Positions 7,588-14,339 of a stretch of 41,630 nt of DNA are shown one piece after another; within the stretch, counting starts at the first letter, position 1; the number at the start of each line of letters is the position of its first letter. The notes beneath the pieces are model-generated. The model ran no database searches. It saw only the letters and a program-made list of their open reading frames with translations, and was not told the DNA's origin. The position numbers and the translations under genes are program-made. Source of the stretch: a virus; IMG/VR virus record IMGVR_UViG_3300015265_000006, positions 1-41,630 of that record. The stretch is one strand, 5' to 3'.

Positions 7588-8036
7588 GCGACTTGATTTG
7601 CAGGAAAACGATGCGCCGCTGCGATACCTCGGGGATGTGTTCGCCATACGGCGGCTGCCAAGCACCGCAGAGTGACCAAGACCGCAAGATCATCGCCCTA
7701 GAAGCAACAGTCGCCCAGCAGGCCAAGATGATCGAGCACCTGCGCGGCGGCCCTACTCCGCTCTACACCGCCGTAGACATGGCCAATGCGGCGCGGGACG
7801 GGTTCAGGGATGGGGCGGCGAGTTACAAAGCCGAGAACGAGGCGCTGCGCTCGAAACTTGCCACCGTGCACTTCGTCTGCGATCAACTGCCGGGCCCGGA
7901 TGGCTGCCGATTCATCGAGCTGGAGAACCCGCAGGGCGAAAGTCTCGGCGATGAATCTGGTAAGTGGGAGATTCGCCAGGATGGTCTGGCTCAGCTGGTA
8001 GTGACGATCGGCGGCGCCATGAGCAAGGAGGGTTGA
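7584..8036 (+). CDS. Hypothetical protein (Cys-rich N-terminus, coiled-coil centre)
   Basis: 150-aa ORF, ATGA-coupled. Confidence 0.55.
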   Translation: MSDLICRKTMRRCDTSGMCSPYGGCQAPQSDQDRKIIALEATVAQQAKMIEHLRGGPTPLYTAVDMANAARDGFRDGAASYKAENEALRSKLATVHFVCDQLPGPDGCRFIELENPQGESLGDESGKWEIRQDGLAQLVVTIGGAMSKEG

Positions 8037-8037
8037 G

Positions 8038-8289
8038 ATGGGGGACGAATCAGAAATTATCTATATCGATGGACTGGGGCGGATGCTCGGCAGAACGGAA
8101 GCGGCGGTGCGCCAGGGCTTGAGTCGTGGCGTCGACTGGCTGCCCAAGAGCTTCAAGATGGGAAGCCGGCATTGCTGGCTACGGGAAGACGTGCGGGAGT
8201 TCTTGCGGGGATGTCGAGACGGGGAGAACAAGGCGCCGAAGGTCGGCAGGAAGCGGTTGCCGCCTCCGACACTGCGCGGGGTGGCGTGA
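8038..8289 (+). CDS. xis: Excisionase / AlpA-type DNA-binding protein
   Basis: 83 aa, winged-helix-like ...LGRTEAAVRQGLSRG...HCWLREDVREFL.... Lies immediately adjacent to the integrase. Confidence 0.65.
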   Translation: MGDESEIIYIDGLGRMLGRTEAAVRQGLSRGVDWLPKSFKMGSRHCWLREDVREFLRGCRDGENKAPKVGRKRLPPPTLRGVA

Positions 8290-8291
8290 TG

Positions 8292-9269
8292 CTACCCCAG
8301 CTTCTCGGCGAGGTTGCTCGGGCAAAGGTGCGTGTATCGGCGAAGCATCGACAGAGTTTTGTGTCCGGTGATGCTCGCCACCTCCATCATGGAAAGTCCG
8401 CGCTCGAACATCCGGCTCGTTGCTTCATGGCGCATATCGTGAAGGCGGAGGTCTTTGATCTTCGCCGCCTCGCACGCCAGCGCGAAATAGTTGCTCACGC
8501 TGTCCAGCTTCAGATGAAAGAACCGGCCGCCGTCGATGGGCGTCGGCAATCCCTCCAAGAGTTCCACCGCGCGCTTCGATAGCGGAACGGATCGGCGCTC
8601 GCCATTCTTCGTGTCTTCGAGGAATGCAACCCTCCCCCGGATTTGATCCTTCCTGAGCATGACCAGCTCAGACCGGCGCATGGCCGTCTCTACGGCAAGT
8701 TCAATAATCACTGGAAGCTCGGCGTTGATGTCGCCTGCGTGCTTGTACAGCGCCTTCAGCTCGGCAGAAGTTGGCCGGCGCTCGCGCTGCTTGCTGCCCT
8801 TCGGCATCCGGATTGCGGTGCACGGGTTTTTCAGCCCCTGGATGCCCCAATCTTTCGCTGCGACGGTATAGAGGTGACTGATCAGCGCCAAATTTAGCCG
8901 GACGGTGGCGGTGGACTTCCCGGCCTTCAGCTCAGCATCACGGTACGCGGCCATGTCACTTGAGCGGATTGCGGCCAACGACTTGGTGCCCCACTCCGAC
9001 TTCTGCCACTTCTTGGCCCGCACCTTTTCCTGCGCCGATCCCTTCTTCGACTCGCTCACCTCATTGACGTAGCGTTCCAGCGCTTCGCTGAGCGTGGTGC
9101 TTTCCGCCTCTCGGGTGTCGACGAATCGCTTGCGCGACATATCCCCCTCAACTTCGGCAGCCCAGCGCTGGGCTTCTGCCTTGGTGTCGAAGGTGGCGGA
9201 GAGGGTTGGATATCCCTTGCGTCGAATCTGGGCGCGCCATGCGTCGCCGCGTTTTTCGTAATAGGCCAT
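8292..9269 (-). CDS. int: Tyrosine integrase
   Basis: C-terminal catalytic signature ...RLHDMRHEATSRM...ITGHKTLSMLRRYTHL (HxxR...H...Y). N-terminus MAYYEKRGDAWRAQIRRKG. The track start at 9350 is a TTG extension. Confidence 0.9.
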   Translation of the reverse strand: MAYYEKRGDAWRAQIRRKGYPTLSATFDTKAEAQRWAAEVEGDMSRKRFVDTREAESTTLSEALERYVNEVSESKKGSAQEKVRAKKWQKSEWGTKSLAAIRSSDMAAYRDAELKAGKSTATVRLNLALISHLYTVAAKDWGIQGLKNPCTAIRMPKGSKQRERRPTSAELKALYKHAGDINAELPVIIELAVETAMRRSELVMLRKDQIRGRVAFLEDTKNGERRSVPLSKRAVELLEGLPTPIDGGRFFHLKLDSVSNYFALACEAAKIKDLRLHDMRHEATSRMFERGLSMMEVASITGHKTLSMLRRYTHLCPSNLAEKLG

Positions 9270-9289
9270 TCTGGAATATTGGCGGGTGC

Positions 9290-9333
9290 TTGGGGGAATC
9301 GCAAGAGAAGCCATTCCCCCCGATTTCCCCCAA
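9290..9333. promoter_or_regulatory. attP arm: inverted copies of an 11-12-bp motif (TTGGGGGAATC 9290..9300, GATTTCCCCCAA 9322..9333). Putative integrase arm sites in the int upstream region.
   Basis: The same motif pair recurs at 9546..9577 on the other side of the tRNA-derived core. Confidence 0.5.
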
Positions 9334-9345
9334 TCTACAACCAAA

Positions 9346-9388
9346 TGCAAAAAGGCCCCGAGGCGGTTAAGCGCTCTGGGCCTTTAAA
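9346..9388 (-). terminator. Intrinsic terminator immediately downstream of the tRNA 3' fragment
   Basis: Stem AAAGGCCC (9351..9358) / GGGCCTTT (9378..9385), followed on the minus strand by a U-run. Confidence 0.6.
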
Positions 9389-9390
9389 TA

Positions 9391-9455
9391 TGGCGGAGAG
9401 ATAGGGATTCGAACCCTAGGTACCGGTGAAGGTACAACGGATTTCGAATCCGTTT
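9391..9455 (-). tRNA. Partial tRNA-Ser(CGA), 3' about 65 nt only (anticodon arm, long variable arm, T arm, acceptor 3' strand, CCA). This is the attP core.
   Basis: The reverse complement reads ACGGA-TTCGAAA-TCCGT, TGTACCTTCACCGGTACC, TAGGG-TTCGAAT-CCCTA, TCTCTCCGCCA. No matching 5' acceptor strand or D arm lies upstream. Confidence 0.8.
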
Positions 9456-9545
9456 TCGACCATAATGATCGCTGGCCGCATTTCCTGCGACCCCCTTAAG
9501 GGCCTATCTTTCGATGCATCACCGTCACACATGATTAATCATGTT

Positions 9546-9577
9546 TTGGGGGAATCATTGCACCAGATTTCCCCCAA
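9546..9577. promoter_or_regulatory. attP arm: second pair of the TTGGGGGAATC / GATTTCCCCCAA motif
   Basis: 9546..9556 and 9566..9577. Mirrors 9290..9333. Confidence 0.5.
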
Positions 9578-9611
9578 CACCATCTAAGGCGTTCTGCCGA
9601 ACAAATTCCCA

Positions 9612-11117
9612 TCAGCTTGGCATCCACCTCAGACGAGATAGCATCACTTCAGTCGGCGAACCGGATACGCTCTTAATGACAAGATTGCCCAAGGGAGTGA
9701 GCACGCAAAGGATGCTACCCGTATTGCACTCAAGAGATATCGACTCATTAAGCAACGGCCCGCAATTGGCTACCGCGCTGAATACATTGAGGATGGTCGT
9801 CCCTGCTGAGAGTGTCCCGGGCTTTATCGACCCGCGACCAGAGATATAGCCCGACTCTTCCACGACAAGTTGAGGCGGCATGTAGGAAGGATCAAAATTC
9901 AACCATCCATTTTGCAGGACAAGGTTTCGCCCGATGCCTGTGAACTCTGTCCACGTCCCTGGGGCGCTGCTGATACTGTGCCGGCGATGGACTTTGATGA
10001 CGCTGCGGTTATCGGCCGTCAGCTCTTGCGTTACGACACCGTCTACAGATTTCTCTACAACCACGATGCCGCTGGATGGCCAACCAGCCAGCTCCGCACG
10101 GTAGATTGAGCGTCCCAGCGGGAAGTCAGCCGGCGCGGCGTATATCGAAAGCTGCATATGCGCAGCGCAGATATTACGGTAACCGTTGGTTGCACGCTGA
10201 CTCAGGCAGCTAGGGAAAATATATTCAGCCAGCTTGCCCCAAATCCACATGTTTCCAAACGCATTCGGATGGATGTTGGTGTCGACCTCTACGCCGTCCT
10301 GCTGGACGTATTTCAGGGTGTCCATCCAGAGATAAGCGGAATTTCTTGAATCCCGGTAAAGGGCATAGATGTCAAGGAAATAGCACTGAAACTCCCTGGC
10401 GAGACGACGGTAAACGGGGGCGATCTGCTCGTGCCACAACTGTGACCTGCCGTTGGGCCAGTCACTTGTGCTGTTTGAGCCCTTTATGATGATGGTCAGG
10501 CTCTGAACATTTCGTGCGTCACGGACGGTCTTGAGGCGTGCCGCCATGTTGTTGTAGAAGTCTTCAGCCGTCCCAACCGCTGGATCATTGATCCCGTAGC
10601 TGACGATGATGCACTTCGTGGAAAGGTCAGAAACAATGCTGCTTGTGTCCCACTGATAGGCGGTTGTTCCGCTGACGGCGAGGTTCGTAACAGACATCCC
10701 GGCGACGCCGCGAGCCAACGCCTGATCAACCAGAATTTTTTGCGGTTTGTAATCAGCAGGAACGCCAACACCAAAAACGGTGCTGTCGCCATACAACTTT
10801 ATTTTTACGCTCCCCTGCATGGAAATTTCGTTGTGAAGCGCGTAGAGATATTCTTTGCCGCAATCGTAAGTCAGCTGGTCAGCATAGCTATTAATTATAT
10901 TGAAAGAAGATGATAACGTCGAAGTCTGCTCAACTAAATCTCCGCCAAGAAAAACGATTCCTGTTGGATTAGGTACTTTGCCAACGTAATGCGTGCCGGG
11001 CGGGAGGATTATCGTCTTGGCACCAGCCGCTTTTGCATTGGTTATCGCAGTGGTGAGATTTGCAGTTGTAACGCCTGAACCAATGAACGCATCATCAAAA
11101 CTGTTGCTCATATTCAT
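9612..11117 (-). CDS. SGNH/GDSL-family esterase domain protein (501 aa). Candidate tailspike-like or receptor-modifying deacetylase.
   Basis: Block I LYGDSTVFG, block II AVSGTTA, block III YGINDP, block V DTNIHPN. No signal peptide. GC is lower than the backbone. Confidence 0.75.
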   Translation of the reverse strand: MNMSNSFDDAFIGSGVTTANLTTAITNAKAAGAKTIILPPGTHYVGKVPNPTGIVFLGGDLVEQTSTLSSSFNIINSYADQLTYDCGKEYLYALHNEISMQGSVKIKLYGDSTVFGVGVPADYKPQKILVDQALARGVAGMSVTNLAVSGTTAYQWDTSSIVSDLSTKCIIVSYGINDPAVGTAEDFYNNMAARLKTVRDARNVQSLTIIIKGSNSTSDWPNGRSQLWHEQIAPVYRRLAREFQCYFLDIYALYRDSRNSAYLWMDTLKYVQQDGVEVDTNIHPNAFGNMWIWGKLAEYIFPSCLSQRATNGYRNICAAHMQLSIYAAPADFPLGRSIYRAELAGWPSSGIVVVEKSVDGVVTQELTADNRSVIKVHRRHSISSAPGTWTEFTGIGRNLVLQNGWLNFDPSYMPPQLVVEESGYISGRGSIKPGTLSAGTTILNVFSAVANCGPLLNESISLECNTGSILCVLTPLGNLVIKSVSGSPTEVMLSRLRWMPS

Positions 11118-11145
11118 ACTCGGTGAATTGACGGGCTGAAGTGTT

Positions 11146-11661
11146 TTATTTCGTCAATGAATCAAACGATTGCTCGCAAGTTATTCCTCGGGCATGGCTG
11201 TCCTGAGCATATCCTGCCAGCTCGCCCGCTCTTTCATCAGCGCGCTTGAACACGTCGGCAAGCACCATGACGGCACGGGAAGCTGCCGCGCTTGTGGCGG
11301 CAGTGCAGGAATGGCCGCCGGCCTGAATGGCTGCGAGGCGAGCGGCAAGCTTGTCGGCTGTGAGCTGCACGCCGTTACGAGAAGCGCGCTCAGCAGCAGC
11401 GTCAGCAGTGAGTTGATCGATCGTGCGCTGGCCATCTTGAACCACCTTGTCTATTGCATGTTGGTAGGATTGTTCGCGCGCCCGTGCGGCAGACTCGTTT
11501 GCGGCCCGGGCGGCGACGTCCAGCGTGTCGCGAGCTGACCATTTGGCCTGCCATGTTGCGTCTGTGACGCTTACGCCGTGATGGTAGGCGCCGAACAGAG
11601 CGCCAAGCACCAGCAGCACGGCGGCTATATAAGGAAGAATTCGCAGGCAGACGGCGCTCAT
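11146..11661 (-). CDS. i-spanin (Rz-like)
   Basis: N-terminal TM helix, then an Ala/Arg/Gln-rich coiled coil. ATGA-coupled to the endolysin gene. Contains an embedded lipoprotein ORF. Confidence 0.8.
   Translation of the reverse strand: MSAVCLRILPYIAAVLLVLGALFGAYHHGVSVTDATWQAKWSARDTLDVAARAANESAARAREQSYQHAIDKVVQDGQRTIDQLTADAAAERASRNGVQLTADKLAARLAAIQAGGHSCTAATSAAASRAVMVLADVFKRADERAGELAGYAQDSHARGITCEQSFDSLTK
11181..11435 (-). CDS. o-spanin (Rz1-like lipoprotein), embedded in the +1 frame of the i-spanin gene
   Basis: Lipobox LLVTAC followed by a Pro-rich mature part. Lies fully inside 11146..11661. Confidence 0.7.
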   Translation of the reverse strand: MASARSINSLLTLLLSALLVTACSSQPTSLPLASQPFRPAAIPALPPQARQLPVPSWCLPTCSSALMKERASWQDMLRTAMPEE

Positions 11662-12080
11662 GGCACGTCCTTGTAAAAGGCGTGACCGCCCAACTTCAGA
11701 GTCTGCTTGGCCTTCGCGGCCCAGGCCGGGGCCTTGATGCTGGTAGCGTAGTAATGCGTGGCGCCGCCGGTAGGGTCAGGCACCTTGTCGTCGATCACCT
11801 GGTCTGCAGCGATTCGGCATTGCGCCAGCTCGCGAAACGGGATCTGTTTAACACCGATCAGAAACTGATAGTTCGGATCGGTCTTGTTCCAGCAACTAAA
11901 CTGCCACGGCTTTTGGCACACCCCGGCGTAACCCTCACCCCACCACGATTTTTCCTTGCCGTCGAATACGCGATTTTTGATAGCCCAGGCCACGGCAATT
12001 TGGCCGGGTGTTCCCTCACCGCGCGCTTCTCCCCAGATCGTGCGCGCCAAGATATCGCGGTCTTTTTCTGATACAGACAT
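11658..12080 (-). CDS. Endolysin, SleB/Hydrolase_2-type cell-wall hydrolase
   Basis: ...ILARTIWGEARGEG...AVAWAIKNRV...VCQKPWQFSCWN... motifs. No signal sequence. Confidence 0.85.
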   Translation of the reverse strand: MSVSEKDRDILARTIWGEARGEGTPGQIAVAWAIKNRVFDGKEKSWWGEGYAGVCQKPWQFSCWNKTDPNYQFLIGVKQIPFRELAQCRIAADQVIDDKVPDPTGGATHYYATSIKAPAWAAKAKQTLKLGGHAFYKDVP

Positions 12081-12163
12081 AACTTTTCTCCAGATGAATA
12101 AGACTGGCCTGAGAATTCAGGTTAATATTTGGCAAAATGCAGATTCATAAAAGGGACTTTCCA

Positions 12164-13276
12164 ATGCACAATAAAAACCTGGACGGCCTGCGGGGCTGGG
12201 CAGCCTTCATAGTGGTGATCTACCACGCCATACTTCATTTCGACACTGAAAGTTGGTTGCGGCTAGCAATGGCGCCCATGTCATCGTTCAGCGGTTTGAA
12301 TGACTGGGTAACAGGACTCTCATTAGTGATATTCAACGGCGACACTGCTGTTGTTGTGTTCTTTGTTATGAGCGGAGTTGTTTTGCATGAGTCATTGATG
12401 AGGTCAAAAGAAAACTGGCTCAAGACATCGGCTATATTCATGCTAAAACGAGCATTCCGAGTTTATCCAACCGTTATTTTTGCTGTTGTTTTTCTGGTTT
12501 TGTTGATTGAAGCTTATAAAATCCTTGGCATCCCGGCCGCAAGATTCTCCATGACGGATATCGTTCAGAACATGACATTACAGGGGAATGTTTTGCTCGG
12601 AGTATCTTGGACGCTGACAGTGGAAATACTGGCGATAGTTTTCATCCTCCCTGTTTTTTTCTTGACCCGATCGTTCGGAGTGCTTGCCACGATGCTGGCG
12701 GCTGCCTACGCCATGCTGGCTATCGACAACCCTGTACTGGTGTTGAAAGTCGACAACATGCATCAAGCAATGCTGGCATTCATTGCAGGGATGTCCGTCG
12801 CCTTACCGCAAGCGCAGAAGTTCTTTGCAAGGTTCGGCCCGCTTGCATGGATACCAATCCTGTTGCTGCTGGTCTTCGGTAGTCACGTAAATGCCGCTTG
12901 GCAAACATCGTCCGTGATCCTGCGCATCATGGCAGCGACTATGCTGGTCGGAATCATGCGCCACTCCAGAAGCTCTGGCCTTGACCAGTTCCTGACGTGC
13001 AAATTATCCCAGTTCCTTGGGAGGATCAGTTTCAGCTTCTATCTGCTCGCTGCGGTAGTGATGTACGCAGTATTCACCCTCACGCCAAGTCTGCCGGCGC
13101 ACTACGCAGTGCTGGCAGGGATTCCCTACGGGCTGCTCATAGCCGCCATCACCACGCCCATGGCCGCACTGACTTACATGATGATCGAAGCCCCCGCCAT
13201 GCGGTTTTCTAGGCAATGCGCTAAAGCTGTATCAGGTCAGCGGGCCGCGCCTGTTACGCCAGCGCCAGATCGATAG
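12164..13276 (+). CDS. Acyltransferase family 3 (OafA/Oac-like integral-membrane O-acetyltransferase). Lysogenic-conversion moron.
   Basis: N-terminal ...LDGLRGWAAFIVVIYHA... signature with multiple TM helices. AT-rich 5' half. It is on the opposite strand to the flanking late genes. 12137 is the alternative start. Confidence 0.85.
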   Translation: MHNKNLDGLRGWAAFIVVIYHAILHFDTESWLRLAMAPMSSFSGLNDWVTGLSLVIFNGDTAVVVFFVMSGVVLHESLMRSKENWLKTSAIFMLKRAFRVYPTVIFAVVFLVLLIEAYKILGIPAARFSMTDIVQNMTLQGNVLLGVSWTLTVEILAIVFILPVFFLTRSFGVLATMLAAAYAMLAIDNPVLVLKVDNMHQAMLAFIAGMSVALPQAQKFFARFGPLAWIPILLLLVFGSHVNAAWQTSSVILRIMAATMLVGIMRHSRSSGLDQFLTCKLSQFLGRISFSFYLLAAVVMYAVFTLTPSLPAHYAVLAGIPYGLLIAAITTPMAALTYMMIEAPAMRFSRQCAKAVSGQRAAPVTPAPDR

Positions 13277-13439
13277 GAGGGGTGTATATATCCCCGTCGT
13301 ATGCCCAGCCGGGGCCAGTTGTTTCGCCAGGCTTCAGCATAATCGCCACCGAACCCTCTGGTGGGTTCCAATCGCTTTCTCCATCCCACTCTACAACGTT
13401 TTCGACGACGCCTTCACGCACGACTGCATAAGCTGCCAA
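13254..13439 (-). CDS. Small conserved phage protein downstream of the tail fibre gene
   Basis: 61 aa, MAAYAVVREGVVENVVEWDG...W.PPEG.... The pattern is recalled from tail-fibre neighbourhoods. Confidence 0.55.
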   Translation of the reverse strand: MAAYAVVREGVVENVVEWDGESDWNPPEGSVAIMLKPGETTGPGWAYDGDIYTPPIDLALA

Positions 13440-14204
13440 TTATGAATACTCCCAAATAATAAGGATTCCCCCAGCACCGACACCGCCGTTGTATGGCCCG
13501 GATGATGGGCCGGCGAGCGCGCCAGTTGCGCCAGTGCCCCGGTTGGAGCCATTGGTACCATTGCCAAAGCTCCCTGTTGGTCCAGGCCCATATTGTGATT
13601 GAGCGCCGGCCACGTTGAAGATAATCGTTGTACTCTGGGCCAGTTGCGCTTGAGCTACAAACCCAGAGGCCGAAACGATATTCCCACCTGTAATTGAGAT
13701 TCCCCCAGCACTCGAACCGCCACTTGATCCAGGAGGCGTAAAGCCCACGCCGGCACCGCCACCAGCCCCGCCGCTTGCGCTGATAATGGCGCCAAGGCTT
13801 GTGGTGCCACCGGTACCACCGACGCCGCCAGCGGTACCGCCAGCGCCGATAGTGATAGTTGCCCCAGAGAACCCCGTAGTGAATCGCCCCTTGGCATACG
13901 CGCCACTGCCGCCGTTACCTCCGGATGAGATTTGTCCAGCACCGGCTGCGTTCGCCCCGCCACCACCGCCACCACCGCCGATGCATTCGGCAATAATCGA
14001 AGTAGTACCAGTTGTCGGGGTATAGGTGCCGCTGGTGGTGAAAACCCGAACATTTAGGAGTCTGCCCGGGTTATCGCGCAGAATGGCGATGTAAGATGCG
14101 TATGTGCGCAGATAGTCGTCGATTAGTCCCGGAGATTCCGAGCCGGCCGGGCTATTGCTGCCAGCAATTTGTGACAGATCGTTGATCGAGGAAGGGAGCG
14201 GCAT
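13440..14204 (-). CDS. Tail fibre protein with glycine-rich domain
   Basis: N-terminal MPLPSSINDLSQIAGSNSPAGSE...DDYLR... fibre-type motif, then long Gly-rich repeats including a G8 run. Confidence 0.7.
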   Translation of the reverse strand: MPLPSSINDLSQIAGSNSPAGSESPGLIDDYLRTYASYIAILRDNPGRLLNVRVFTTSGTYTPTTGTTSIIAECIGGGGGGGGANAAGAGQISSGGNGGSGAYAKGRFTTGFSGATITIGAGGTAGGVGGTGGTTSLGAIISASGGAGGGAGVGFTPPGSSGGSSAGGISITGGNIVSASGFVAQAQLAQSTTIIFNVAGAQSQYGPGPTGSFGNGTNGSNRGTGATGALAGPSSGPYNGGVGAGGILIIWEYS

Positions 14205-14218
14205 GTTTTGTCATCCCA

Positions 14219-14243
14219 ATAAAAAGCCCGCACTAGGCGGGCT
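14219..14243 (-). terminator. Intrinsic terminator inside the late operon, upstream of the tail fibre gene
   Basis: Stem AGCCCGC (14225..14231) / GCGGGCT (14237..14243). The minus-strand RNA is followed by a U-run (plus-strand A-run 14218..14225). Confidence 0.65.
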
Positions 14244-14339
14244 TGGAGGTGTTGGTGGAATTCGGATTTACTGACTTCATGATCTGGAAGGGCGTAGCGG
14301 TTGTTTTGGCGTTCTGGATCTACTGCTTCTGGCGTGGAC

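Noticed and set aside
8172-8582. Plus-strand ORFs overlapping the integrase 3' half
   Set aside because: They are antisense to a gene with a complete tyrosine-recombinase catalytic signature, and they would extend past the xis stop without a start context.
9391-9480. Possibility of a complete tRNA-Ser gene
   Set aside because: Only the anticodon arm, variable arm, T arm and 3' acceptor strand are present. The upstream sequence has no 5' acceptor strand complementary to TCTCTCC and no proper D arm.
9541-9849. 102-aa plus-strand ORF
   Set aside because: It starts inside the attP arm repeats and runs antisense to the 3' end of the SGNH gene. It has no ribosome-binding site and no recognisable motif.
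13955-13990. Poly-Gly coding run in the tail fibre gene as a phase-variable tract
   Set aside because: The run is encoded by mixed GGC/GGT codons (a short 9-nt duplication), not a homopolymer. Any slippage would be in-frame, so it is at most a length polymorphism.
13786-14025. Pro-rich ORFs antisense to Gly-rich genes (also 17439..17861 and 15283..15684)
   Set aside because: They are mirror images of GGN-rich coding repeats (CCN on the opposite strand), so they are expected artefacts.
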